A stretch of 35,547 nucleotides of DNA from Psychromonas sp. GTDB lineage: Bacteria > Pseudomonadota > Gammaproteobacteria > Enterobacterales > Psychromonadaceae. The DNA is taken from the NCBI GenBank assembly GCA_049667005.1, contig JBATHQ010000523.1:1-35547 (forward strand). The letters run 5' to 3'. Every line of letters begins with the position of its first letter. Within the stretch, counting starts at the first letter, position 1. The notes beneath the pieces are model-generated. The model made no database searches, was not told where the DNA came from, and was given only the letters and a program-made list of their open reading frames with translations. The position numbers and the translations under genes are program-made. Shown here one piece after another: positions 1 through 9,849 of the stretch.

Positions 1-202
1 TTATGAGCTGGACAGGCTCTGCAGTCCCTGTATACAGCACTCTGAGTTATGCGTCAGCATGGTGTCACTTACAAAACCTTTTTACCTTCTGCCGTTGAGA
101 GAGCATGACGATTTCGAACTGCGAAACGACAATGAAAAGAGTTAAACCAAACGCTTCAAGCGAAAGCTTGCAAAATACCAAGTAGGCTAGGAAGTAGCAG
201 GC

Positions 203-231
203 AAAAAAATAGGGCATTCGCCCTATTTTTT
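203..231. terminator. Bidirectional intrinsic terminator downstream of the ABC operon
   Basis: AAAAAAATAGGGC-ATTC-GCCCTATTTTTT hairpin with A and T tracts, 20 nt after the permease stop. Confidence 0.85.
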
Positions 232-251
232 AAATCATGATTCAACGTTTG

Positions 252-1217
252 TTAACGAGACTTGACGTAGGGAATACCAACGGCTTTTGGCCCTACTGCA
301 CGGCCGATAAATCCAGCAAGCAATAATACCGTAAGAATGTAAGGTAAGACCTCAATCAATTGTACGGGTATCTCGCCGATAATCGGCAGTTCAGTCCCCT
401 GCAGACGCACCGCAAGTGCATCTAAGAAACCGAATAATAGACAACCGAATAACACCGGAACAGGTTTCCATTTACCAAAGATTAATGCCGCCAGAGCTAT
501 AAACCCCTTGCCTGCACTCATATTCGGCACAAAACCCGCACTGTGGGCAGTCGATAAATACGCACCGGCCAGACCGGTCAAAATCCCCGCCACCATTAAC
601 GCTCGATAACGGATCCACGCCACCGAGATACCAGCAGTATCTACAGCATGCGGGTTTTCACCTGCGGCGCGAAGACGCAGACCAAAGCGGGTTTTAAAGA
701 CTATCCACCAGCACACCGGCACCAATAACAGCGCCAGATAAACCAAAATATTATGACCGGAAATCAATTCACTGTATAACAGCCCAATCACCGGAACATC
801 GGCAATCGCCTGCGCGCCGGGTAATGTGATAGGTGTAAAACGTTGTGAATCAAGTAACGCAGGAGTCTGTCCGCCGAGACCAAACCAGTAACGTCCTAAA
901 GTAACCGTTAATCCCACGGCAAGCATATTGATTGCTACACCGGAAACAATTTGATCACCGCGATGGGTAATAGAAGCAAAACCATGCAGCATCGACAAGG
1001 CGAAACCAACTGCCATTGCCGCCAACAGCCCCAGCCATACTGAACCGGTCACAGAGGCGGTTGCGGCCGCGGCAAATGCTGCGGACAACATTTTGCCTTC
1101 CAGCGCGATATTAACGACACCAGCGCGCTCCGAAAATAGACCGGCCAATGCGGCCAGTATCAAAGGTGTTGATACCCTTAGGGTGGCATCTAAGATTAAG
1201 ATCAGATTCTCATACAT
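252..1217 (-). CDS. Nucleoside/sugar ABC transporter permease (BPD_transp_2 family, NupQ-like)
   Basis: Hydrophobic 321 aa; motifs LAGLFSERAGVVNIALEG, FGLRLRAAGENP, GFIALAALIFGKW. Confidence 0.92.
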   Translation of the reverse strand: MYENLILILDATLRVSTPLILAALAGLFSERAGVVNIALEGKMLSAAFAAAATASVTGSVWLGLLAAMAVGFALSMLHGFASITHRGDQIVSGVAINMLAVGLTVTLGRYWFGLGGQTPALLDSQRFTPITLPGAQAIADVPVIGLLYSELISGHNILVYLALLLVPVCWWIVFKTRFGLRLRAAGENPHAVDTAGISVAWIRYRALMVAGILTGLAGAYLSTAHSAGFVPNMSAGKGFIALAALIFGKWKPVPVLFGCLLFGFLDALAVRLQGTELPIIGEIPVQLIEVLPYILTVLLLAGFIGRAVGPKAVGIPYVKSR

Positions 1218-1220
1218 AAC

Positions 1221-2354
1221 TTAGACCTCCGATGGATTGTTATTAAGGGATGCTTTTTTTCGCTCATCCAGGAAGACAAATAAACGCTCGGTCGGTTTCA
1301 CCATCATATAAGCTAATGCTCCGCTAAAGAGTACCACTAAGGCCTGCACCACCTGGATCATCTCCCGGTCAATGTTCGGGAAGTCAAAAGAGAGTTCCGC
1401 GCCACCTTGATAGAGCACACCAAATAATAAGCTCGCCAGAATAATACCCAGCGGATGATTACGTCCGATAAGACATACGGCAATACCGGTAAAACCGTAT
1501 CCGGCCACGAAATCCAGTTTCAGCTGATGGCTATACCCCTGCACTTCATTGATGCCCAGTAAACCCGACAAGGCGCCGGAGATAAGCATCACGATAATGG
1601 TCAGCTTTTTATAATTAATTCCACCGTATTGTGCCGCACTCGGACTCGAGCCCATTGCCCGGATAGCGTATCCCCAACGCGTTCTCCATAACAGTATCCA
1701 AACTAACAGGGAGCAGATTAAGGCGATGAAGAAACTCATATTCATCGGTGATTGTTCAAAAGATAAGCCCAGCCAGGCAACCATCTCATGGAACATCGGT
1801 AATTTGGCACTGTCTGCAAAAATGCGTGATACGGGCGCCATTTGACCGTCAAGTTTAAAGACATTCACCATTAAATAAACCATCAGCGAAGAGGCGATAA
1901 AATTAAACATAATAGTGGTAATAACGATATGACTGCCGCGGTAAGCTTGCAGATAGGCAGGGATAAATGCCCAAAGTGCACCAAAGGCGATACTGGCAAA
2001 CATGGTGATCGGTAAAATAGCCCAGAAAGGCAGGCTGCTGTCTAATGCCAGACAGGCCATACCAACACCGAGTCCCCCCATATAGGCCTGACCCTCTCCA
2101 CCGATATTAAACAACCCGGCAGAGAAAGCCACTGCCACGGCTAATCCGGTAAAAATAAAGTTGGTAGTATAATATAAGGTATAGCCAATCCCCTCCTGAT
2201 AACCTAAAGCGCCCCTTATCATTACTTGCGCCGCTTCAACGGGATCGACATCAACCGCAATAAAAATGACCGCTGAAAATGCAAATGCGAAGAAAATATT
2301 GAGTAGAGGCAGGACAAAAATATTTACCCATGCCGGGATTTTTGAGTCATTCAT
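1221..2354 (-). CDS. Nucleoside/sugar ABC transporter permease (NupP-like)
   Basis: Motifs AGLFNIGGEGQ, VITTIMFNFIA, GYGFTGIAVCLIGRNHP; overlaps the ATPase stop by 4 nt. Confidence 0.92.
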   Translation of the reverse strand: MNDSKIPAWVNIFVLPLLNIFFAFAFSAVIFIAVDVDPVEAAQVMIRGALGYQEGIGYTLYYTTNFIFTGLAVAVAFSAGLFNIGGEGQAYMGGLGVGMACLALDSSLPFWAILPITMFASIAFGALWAFIPAYLQAYRGSHIVITTIMFNFIASSLMVYLMVNVFKLDGQMAPVSRIFADSAKLPMFHEMVAWLGLSFEQSPMNMSFFIALICSLLVWILLWRTRWGYAIRAMGSSPSAAQYGGINYKKLTIIVMLISGALSGLLGINEVQGYSHQLKLDFVAGYGFTGIAVCLIGRNHPLGIILASLLFGVLYQGGAELSFDFPNIDREMIQVVQALVVLFSGALAYMMVKPTERLFVFLDERKKASLNNNPSEV

Positions 2355-3919
2355 GCTTGCTCTCCCGCTGCTTTTAACTCATCGGGTAAAATATTGGCCA
2401 TCATCATGCCGAGTATTTTCTCGTTAGCTTGTGCCGCACTTACTTCTCCGACAATGTTGCCGTCAAACATAACAATGATCCTGTCCGCTAATGCCATAAT
2501 CTCTTCCAGTTCTACCGACACCAGTAAAATACCTTTACCTTGATCGCGTAATTCAACAATACGCTTATGGATAAACTCTATCGCTCCGATATCCACGCCG
2601 CGTGTTGGTTGACCAATCAACAACAGGTCAGGGTTTTGATCCACTTCGCGGGCAATAATTAATTTCTGTTGATTACCACCGGAAAACAGAGAGCTGCGCA
2701 GCTTGGGATCTCGCGGACGTACATCCCACTCCTCCATCAGACGCACACATTCCTGAGTGATCACCTTAGGTTTGTTCATTACCCTGCTATTGTATTTAGC
2801 CTGATTCTGGTAACCGAGGATCGCAGACTCTTCAGCAGAAAAAGATTTAATCAGCCCCATGCTTAAACGGTCTTCGGGAATATGGCCAACACGTAACTGA
2901 CGCATACTGTCAGGCGTTGCCGGGTGTGTCGCATCGATTATGCTATCCGCAACTTTAATAAAGCCGCTAGTTGGGGTTAATAATCCAGCTAACATATTGA
3001 TTAATTGTGACTGCCCGTTACCGGATACACCGGCAACTCCGACAATTTCACCGGCTTTAATATTCATTGAAACCGATTTAAGGCGATCGACGCCCATCTC
3101 GTCGGTGTAGGTTAACTTCTCGGTTGCTAATAATATTTGTTTAGGATTAGCACTCTCTTTGTCAACTTTCAATCTGACCTTACGGCCAACCATTAGCTCG
3201 GCTAACTCTTCTTTGTTGGTCTCTTTGGTTTTGCGATGGGCAACCATCTCCCCCTGACGCATTACCGAGACATTATCCGTTGCGGCTAGTATCTCTCTTA
3301 ATTTGTGCGTGATCAGTATGATGGTCACGCCTTGCTTGCGTAGCGCATCAAAAATATTAAATAGATGATCGGTTTCCTGCGGCGTCAATACGCCGGTAGG
3401 CTCATCCAGAATGAGTATTTTTGCACCACGGTATAACGCTTTTAAGATCTCTACGCGCTGCTGTAAACCAACGGGCAGATCTTCAATCAACGCATCAAGT
3501 GGGACATCCAGCTGATATTCCTTGGCAAGACGTTGTAATTCGATACGTGCTTCTCTTAAACTGGATTTTATCATCATGCCATTTTCGGCACCTAAAATGA
3601 CGTTTTCAAGTACTGAGAAGTTATCAATTAACATAAAGTGCTGATGCACCATACCGATTCCATAACTGATTGCTTCTTTTGAGCTGGAAAGTTTATGTGC
3701 TGTTCCGGCTATTTTAATTTCACCTGCATCGGCGGTATAAAACCCATAAATGATATTCATCAAAGTGGATTTACCCGCGCCATTTTCACCGATAATACCG
3801 TGAATAGTGCCCGCGGGGACTTGCAGATTTATATTTTTGTTTGCATGTACCGCACCGAATTTTTTATCAATGCCGGTGAGCTCTAATGCAAAGTGAGTAT
3901 TGTTAGCGTGTGTTGACAT
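2351..3919 (-). CDS. ABC transporter ATP-binding protein, two fused domains (CUT2, NupO-like)
   Basis: Walker A GENGAGKST, Walker B LILDEPT, second domain GVSGNGQ and SGGNQQK...PTRGVD. Confidence 0.95.
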   Translation of the reverse strand: MSTHANNTHFALELTGIDKKFGAVHANKNINLQVPAGTIHGIIGENGAGKSTLMNIIYGFYTADAGEIKIAGTAHKLSSSKEAISYGIGMVHQHFMLIDNFSVLENVILGAENGMMIKSSLREARIELQRLAKEYQLDVPLDALIEDLPVGLQQRVEILKALYRGAKILILDEPTGVLTPQETDHLFNIFDALRKQGVTIILITHKLREILAATDNVSVMRQGEMVAHRKTKETNKEELAELMVGRKVRLKVDKESANPKQILLATEKLTYTDEMGVDRLKSVSMNIKAGEIVGVAGVSGNGQSQLINMLAGLLTPTSGFIKVADSIIDATHPATPDSMRQLRVGHIPEDRLSMGLIKSFSAEESAILGYQNQAKYNSRVMNKPKVITQECVRLMEEWDVRPRDPKLRSSLFSGGNQQKLIIAREVDQNPDLLLIGQPTRGVDIGAIEFIHKRIVELRDQGKGILLVSVELEEIMALADRIIVMFDGNIVGEVSAAQANEKILGMMMANILPDELKAAGEQA

Positions 3920-3940
3920 AGCTTATTTTCTTATTGTTAT

Positions 3941-3974
3941 AAAAAAGCTCTCGTACCAAAATAAGTAAGAGAGC
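3941..3974 (-). terminator. Intra-operon terminator-like hairpin after the binding-protein gene
   Basis: On the - strand: GCTCTC...GAGAGC followed by TTTTTT. Confidence 0.65.
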
Positions 3975-3980
3975 AGTTTG

Positions 3981-4048
3981 TATCCGTTTGACCTTCAGAT
4001 GCTAATTTCCAGACTCATGAATTTGCATCTTAAGGTAGCCTGGGTATA
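3981..4048. repeat. Short palindromic dispersed element (TATACCC..CTAC..AAGATGC family), two arms
   Basis: Arms ACCTTCAGATGC / GCATCTTAAGGT, ending GGGTATA; similar arms at 5338, 11451, 27571 and 30656. Confidence 0.65.
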
Positions 4049-4056
4049 AGTTCAGC

Positions 4057-5061
4057 TTAGTATTTACAGCTATTATCTGCCATATAATCATGGACTTGAA
4101 TTTCACCAGATACAATCTTAGCTTTGATATCAGCGATTTTAGCTTCCATTTCCGGCGTCACCAAAGCACGGTTATATTCATCTAACGCCCAGTCAACACC
4201 ATTTTCTTTTAGACCGCGATTATCAATACCAGCAGTAAATTTGCCTGCCTGCGCGTCTTCAAAAACATTGTATGTTGCAAGGCCAACGCGTTTAACCATA
4301 GAGGTTAACATTACCCCAGGATGTAAATAGTTTTGGTTTGAATCAACGCCAATGGCAAACTTACCTTCATCTTTAGCCGCTTGATAAACACCGATACCTG
4401 TTCCGCCTGCAGCAGCGAACACAACATCTGCACCTTTGGTAAACTGACTCTTCGTCAGCTCAGCACCACGCGCCGGATCAGACCAGGCTGCATTGGTGGA
4501 ACCCGTCATGTTTTGAAATACCTGGGTATCTTTGCTGATGTACTTAGCGCCCTGCTCATAACCACAAGCAAATTTGCGAATTAGCGGGATATCCATGCCA
4601 CCGACAAAACCGACTTTAGCACTTTTAGATTTTAAAGCCGCAAGTGCCCCAACCAGGAATGAGCCTTCATGCTCTTTAAACACCAATGATTTAACATTTG
4701 GCAGGTCGACAACCGAATCAATAATCACGAATTGTGTCTCTGGATACTTAGCCGCTATTTTTTCCAGTGCTGAACCATACATAAAACCAACTGCAACAAT
4801 CGGGCTAAATCCACGACGAGCTAAACGCTCAAGTCCCTGTTCGCGCTGCGCATCATTCGCAGGTACAAAATCACGCACTTCTATTTTAGTATCTTCAGTG
4901 AATTTTAATGCGCCATTTTGATAAACAGCCTGACTGAAAGATTTATCAAATTTACCCGATGAGTCATAGGCAACTGCCGGTTTAAAATCAACCGCATTAG
5001 CCACAAATGAACATAAAGCGAGCGATACAGCGGCCGCGGTGGTAGTTAGCATTTTTTTCAT
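4057..5061 (-). CDS. BMP-family ABC substrate-binding protein (purine nucleoside-binding, PnrA/NupN-like)
   Basis: Signal peptide ending ANA-V; motifs DKSFSQ, FKEHEGSFLVG, GFVGGMDIPLI, AIGVDSNQ, LTSMVKRV. Confidence 0.93.
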   Translation of the reverse strand: MKKMLTTTAAAVSLALCSFVANAVDFKPAVAYDSSGKFDKSFSQAVYQNGALKFTEDTKIEVRDFVPANDAQREQGLERLARRGFSPIVAVGFMYGSALEKIAAKYPETQFVIIDSVVDLPNVKSLVFKEHEGSFLVGALAALKSKSAKVGFVGGMDIPLIRKFACGYEQGAKYISKDTQVFQNMTGSTNAAWSDPARGAELTKSQFTKGADVVFAAAGGTGIGVYQAAKDEGKFAIGVDSNQNYLHPGVMLTSMVKRVGLATYNVFEDAQAGKFTAGIDNRGLKENGVDWALDEYNRALVTPEMEAKIADIKAKIVSGEIQVHDYMADNSCKY

Positions 5062-5337
5062 AATAATCCTTGTTGGGTCTGTTGAACTGTAGCGTTTATT
5101 TTACAGCAATTTATTTGTACTTTAATACAAAGAAAAAGAGCTTAACATCATATATACCAAGTAAAGATAGAATCTTTTAAAACTTATCGCGTGAGTTGAC
5201 TGAATTTCAAGCAATAAGATGGTTCACATAGCTGAAAAAATTACCTATGGTTGAATTTTTACAATACCACAACCACTTAAAAAATATAAATTCAAAGCAT
5301 TTGCCTAGAACCATATCATCTACTCTCTACTGATTAT

Positions 5338-5362
5338 TGCCTCTCGAAGCAGTTTGGATACA
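5338..5362 (-). repeat. Single arm of the palindromic dispersed element
   Basis: Reverse complement TGTATCCAAACTGCTTCGAGAGGCA resembles arm TATACCCAGGCTACCTTAAGATGCA. Confidence 0.4.
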
Positions 5363-6068
5363 AGAAAGTAATCAGCTAATTAATATAAACATAATCTTTC
5401 ACCAATCAGCTAATTAGACTCACAACTTAGTCATGCGTCCCATTTATTCAAGAAATTTGTCTAAAACAAACAACAAAATTAATATCTAAGTGCCTGTTTA
5501 CCCCTAAAATCGATATTTTAAATGCTAAGCTAATTGTCGCTAAAAACAGGTTCAAATTTTAACTCACCTAAAAAACTAATGCGTGTTTTCAGATCAAAAA
5601 CGATTATAAAACAAACAATTTTTAATAAATATAGAATTCCAGAAGCAGTAAAAATATCCATAAAAAGCATCGTAAAGGCTCATTTGCTAAATAATCTCCT
5701 GACATGCAGCATTCCGCTTTAACTAACAGCAGGTTGTTATGTTGAAACAAGTCACAAAAAAGAGAAATAATTTATTATTTTAGTGAAAAATATAAAAATT
5801 CCTGAACTTATTAACTGATTTGTAACGATTAACTATTTATAATGGTTTCAAGGTTGCGAATAACCAATATTTAAAATTTTTCTTTGCCGTACTTTCAAAG
5901 TGATATTTTATAAATAAAGTTTCCCAAAAAAGACTTTTATTAACATATTTTAAAACAACAATTCTAAACGACAGGCGGTAATTGTCCTTTTTATGTTTGT
6001 TTGCTTTATTTGATATTAAATTATGTTTTTAACTCCCTTTTCCCATACTCAACTCTCTGGAGAGTTTT

Positions 6069-7334
6069 ATGTCCAAACATACTGATAGGCATATTAGTAA
6101 CCTAACCAAAAATACTTATGCCTTAATTTTAGCTGGCGGCCGTGGTAGCCGATTATATGAACTGACAAATGTGCGCGCAAAACCTGCCGTCTATTTTGGC
6201 GGTAAATTCCGCATTATTGATTTTCCATTATCAAACTGTATCAACTCAGGCATTAACCGCATAGGCATCGCCACGCAGTACAAATCCCACTCATTACTCC
6301 GCCATATTAACCGTGGTTGGGGAAGTTTTAAGGCTAATGAATTCGTTGAGATTTTACCTGCATCGCAACAAAATGGCGAAGATTGGTATGTCGGTACGGC
6401 TGATGCCGTGTTCCAAAATATGGAGATTATTCGTTCAGAACGTCCTAAATACGTTTTAGTTTTATCTGGCGACCATGTTTATCGTATGGATTACGGCCCT
6501 CTGATAGCCGCACATGAGGCAAATAATGCCGATATGACCGTTTGCTGTCTTGAAGTGCCTACCGAAGAAGCCGCAGGTAGTTTCGGTGTTATGACCGTAA
6601 ATGCAGAGAAAAAAGTCGTCGCTTTTGATGAAAAACCAGCTCAACCCAACGAAATTCCAGATAAACCTGGACAATGTTTAGCGTCAATGGGTAATTACCT
6701 CTTCACTGCAGATTTTTTATTCGAACAACTATCAATTGATGGTAAAGATGAAGGCTCTAGCCATGATTTTGGTCATGACATCATCCCTTCTATTATTAAA
6801 GATAAAAATATCTTTGCTTATGCGTTCAAAGATCCTGATAGCATTAGCCAACCTTACTGGCGTGATGTGGGTACATTAGATTCATTTTGGGAAGCCAATA
6901 TGGAACTTGTTGAGCCTTCACCACAACTGGATCTATACGATAAAAACTGGCCTATTTGGACATATCAAGAGCAACTGCCTCCTGCTAAGTTTATTTTTGA
7001 TAATAGCGAGCGACGTGGTATGGCCGTTGATTCGACAGTTTCTGGTGGTTGTATCATCTCCGGTTCAACGATCCGTAAGTCATTGTTATATTCCAGTGTC
7101 CATACGCACTCTTACAGTGTTATTGAGGAATCCGTATTAATGCCCGGTTGCGATGTGGGTGAGCACTGTAAATTAAAACGTGTTATTCTTGATGGTAGAT
7201 GTAATGTACCAGCGGGTATGACCATCGGTTATGATAAAGAGCAGGATATTGCCAATGGTTTCCGTGTTACCGAAAAAGGGATCACCCTGGTTACCAGAGA
7301 TATGCTTAAAGCCCTGGCCGACAGGACTGAATGA
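6069..7334 (+). CDS. glgC: Glucose-1-phosphate adenylyltransferase
   Basis: [58 protein letters not shown]. Confidence 0.97.
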   Translation: MSKHTDRHISNLTKNTYALILAGGRGSRLYELTNVRAKPAVYFGGKFRIIDFPLSNCINSGINRIGIATQYKSHSLLRHINRGWGSFKANEFVEILPASQQNGEDWYVGTADAVFQNMEIIRSERPKYVLVLSGDHVYRMDYGPLIAAHEANNADMTVCCLEVPTEEAAGSFGVMTVNAEKKVVAFDEKPAQPNEIPDKPGQCLASMGNYLFTADFLFEQLSIDGKDEGSSHDFGHDIIPSIIKDKNIFAYAFKDPDSISQPYWRDVGTLDSFWEANMELVEPSPQLDLYDKNWPIWTYQEQLPPAKFIFDNSERRGMAVDSTVSGGCIISGSTIRKSLLYSSVHTHSYSVIEESVLMPGCDVGEHCKLKRVILDGRCNVPAGMTIGYDKEQDIANGFRVTEKGITLVTRDMLKALADRTE

Positions 7335-7396
7335 TAATAGAGGAAAATAGCAGTTTATTTACTCTTTGAAACGATTAAAAATCCGTTTTAGAACAT

Positions 7397-7427
7397 AAAA
7401 AGAGCAACTTAGGTTGCTCTTTTTTTT
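7397..7427. terminator. Bidirectional intrinsic terminator between glgC and radD
   Basis: AAAAAGAGCAAC-TTAG-GTTGCTCTTTTTTTT. Confidence 0.88.
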
Positions 7428-7463
7428 ATACCTTCAAAATTACTCAAAGAGTGCTTTTCTGAC

Positions 7464-9203
7464 CTATTTTTTGTATTGTTCAAGGTCAAATAACTTATCT
7501 CGAATCTCCCAAAAACGGCCGTTTTTTCTGGCGATCACAATCTCAGGCGGACGCAGGCGGTGCTGATTATTCAACACCTTGGAGGGCGCTGTTTCGGTAA
7601 AGGGACGGTGACGATCAATTAAATGCGGTTTAATAAATTTAGCCAGAAAATCAGTTTTATGGGTTTTCGTCGAAAGTTGCCAGAACTCGTTAAATTCGGA
7701 TCCTTGATCACTGATATAAATAACCTTGAGTTGCGCTTTACCAAACTTGTTTTTACCGGGCTCTAATCTTAAACCAACACAATTAATAATCAGTGCATCC
7801 TTGAGGTTTAGTGCTTCGCGAAGTTTTTTATCAGGGTCCACCAGTACATGTTCGCATTGGTGACAACGCCGCGCCGCGATGTCATTATCACTGCCGCACA
7901 GCTCACAAAATTTAGCACGGAAGCGGTAGCCGCATATTACGCGTTCGCCCGCTTCGTTGGTAGAAAACCCCTGACACTGCCTGCCGTAATGTTCAATCAC
8001 AAAACCGGCGGGATCAATCTTCCCCCAAAAATTATTATTAAAACGGCAAGCCGGACAGGGAATAGTCACCATTTCACTGTCACTGTCGGGCTTAGGATCG
8101 CCAAGCTCGGGTTGATATAAATCATAACAGTTACCGGCAAACTCCATCACCAGACAATCTTTTTTATCTGCGAATAAACGCAAACCTCGTCCGACAATTT
8201 GCTGATACAGACTGAGTGATGCAGTCGGGCGCAGAATAGCAATGAGATCAACATGCGGGGCATCAAAGCCAGTGGTTAAGACCGACACATTGACAAGATA
8301 TTTAATCTGCCGTTGTTTAAAAGCATTAATAATGCGATCCCGCTCCTCCAGCGGCGTATCCCCTATCACTAACGCGGCATTTTCCTGACCAAGATACCCC
8401 ATAATCTCCTGCGCATGATTAACCGTTGAAGCAAAAATCATTACGCCAAGCCTTTCTTTGGCAGCCTCGATGACCTGCTCGATAATGATCGGCGTGACAC
8501 GCTGGGATTTTTTTACAATACGATCTAATTCGGTTTGTTGATAATGTCCTGTGGTAGAACATTTCACGCCTGAAAAATCGTAACCGATGACGGCCATATC
8601 CATTATCTTTGGCTCAGTCAGATATTTTTCATCGAGTAAAAAACGGATCGGTAAATCAAAAATACAATCACGAAAGAATCGCGCTTGTTCCGTCCTCACC
8701 TGCCCACGGGTATGGTATTGATAAATCCACCCTATTCCAAGGCGGTAAGGTGTAGCGGTAAGTCCCAGCACTTTAATCTGCGCATTATTTTTTTGCAGAT
8801 GGCTAATGACTTTTCGATAACTGCTGTTTTCATCTTCAGGCACCCGATGACACTCATCAATAACCAGTAAGGAAAAAGCGTTCGAAAACTGCTCTAAACT
8901 ATTAGCCAGTGACTGCACCGATGCAAACACAACTTGATCCTGATTTTCTTTACGGCCAAGTCCCGCCGAAAAAATGGAGGCTTTTAAACCGTAGCTTTCA
9001 TACTTGCCGTGGTTTTGCTCAACCAGTTCTTTAACATGCGCAAGTACTAATACCCGGCCCTTTGCGATGCGCGCCAACTCGGCAATAATTAAGCTTTTTC
9101 CGGCGCCTGTCGACAGGGTAAGCACTGCCGGCGTAGTATGCTCACGAAAATAATGAACCGTCGCGCGAACAGCATCTTGTTGGTAGGGACGAAGCTTATA
9201 CAT
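7464..9203 (-). CDS. radD: DNA repair SF2 helicase RadD (YejH) with C-terminal zinc finger
   Basis: LRPYQ, TGAGKS, DECH, LTATPYR, LTTGFDAP, QIVGRGLR; CPAC...C...C, CELC, CHQC. Confidence 0.93.
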   Translation of the reverse strand: MYKLRPYQQDAVRATVHYFREHTTPAVLTLSTGAGKSLIIAELARIAKGRVLVLAHVKELVEQNHGKYESYGLKASIFSAGLGRKENQDQVVFASVQSLANSLEQFSNAFSLLVIDECHRVPEDENSSYRKVISHLQKNNAQIKVLGLTATPYRLGIGWIYQYHTRGQVRTEQARFFRDCIFDLPIRFLLDEKYLTEPKIMDMAVIGYDFSGVKCSTTGHYQQTELDRIVKKSQRVTPIIIEQVIEAAKERLGVMIFASTVNHAQEIMGYLGQENAALVIGDTPLEERDRIINAFKQRQIKYLVNVSVLTTGFDAPHVDLIAILRPTASLSLYQQIVGRGLRLFADKKDCLVMEFAGNCYDLYQPELGDPKPDSDSEMVTIPCPACRFNNNFWGKIDPAGFVIEHYGRQCQGFSTNEAGERVICGYRFRAKFCELCGSDNDIAARRCHQCEHVLVDPDKKLREALNLKDALIINCVGLRLEPGKNKFGKAQLKVIYISDQGSEFNEFWQLSTKTHKTDFLAKFIKPHLIDRHRPFTETAPSKVLNNQHRLRPPEIVIARKNGRFWEIRDKLFDLEQYKK

Positions 9204-9340
9204 ATTGATATAACATGGCTATATATTAACTAATTGCAAAAAATTGACCGCAGAGTTTAACCCAATTCGATTATTAATGCAGAATAACGGTTTATTTTTT
9301 TATTGCACTTATGATTAATCGGTAATTCCAAGCCTGCTTA

Positions 9341-9700
9341 TTATTGAGCATCTACGCTACGGATAGCGCGCTTTAATGAATCTGATTTTAACTGCAGACG
9401 CGCACTCTCTTTACCATTTTTACTACCATGCAAGAGCCTTTCTACGCCGACTAACTCTTCAAATAACCAACCTCGAATCATGGTAGAATAGCGTCGGTCA
9501 GTACCGTAATCTGAGATGACTTGTAATGAGCGTTGCTCTTGAGGTGATTTGATGGCCCGTTGCAGGGACTGCACCATTATCCCAATCTCATACGCTTGTT
9601 TATTAACATCTCCCTTAGCTGTTTGCTGCGCGCAGACAGCAGCCGGACAACTAAATAATATTGTCAGAAACAACCCTGTTTTTAAGAAACTGCAGATCAT
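9341..9700 (-). CDS. Hypothetical exported protein (~119 aa)
   Basis: Start re-placed at ATG 9700 (AAGGT upstream), giving a signal-peptide-like N-terminus ending AVCA-Q. Confidence 0.6.
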   Translation of the reverse strand: MICSFLKTGLFLTILFSCPAAVCAQQTAKGDVNKQAYEIGIMVQSLQRAIKSPQEQRSLQVISDYGTDRRYSTMIRGWLFEELVGVERLLHGSKNGKESARLQLKSDSLKRAIRSVDAQ

Positions 9701-9849
9701 ATAACCATACCTTATAAATATCCTGCGCAATAAAAAGCACAAACACCGGATTAATGAAAAGGATTTTAACGTTTTAAAACGAAATAACATCTTAAAATCC
9801 TGTAAAATGCGCGATTACATTAGAAAAATTATTTTAAAGAGTTAAGAAC

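Noticed and set aside
1..200. Possible gene end or ncRNA at the window start (+ frame 2 is open to a TAA near 145)
   Set aside because: No recognisable motif in any frame and truncated by the window edge
5185..5232. Possible tandem CRP/CytR sites upstream of the BMP gene
   Set aside because: Only half-sites match (CGTGA, TCACA); too weak to call
5300..5325. ATGATATGGTT on the - strand, resembling a purine riboswitch loop upstream of a nucleoside transporter
   Set aside because: The required GTTTCTAC core and P1/P3 stems are absent
5534..5722. 62-aa ORF in the long intergenic region
   Set aside because: TTG start, no clear RBS, K/I/N-rich composition typical of random AT-rich DNA
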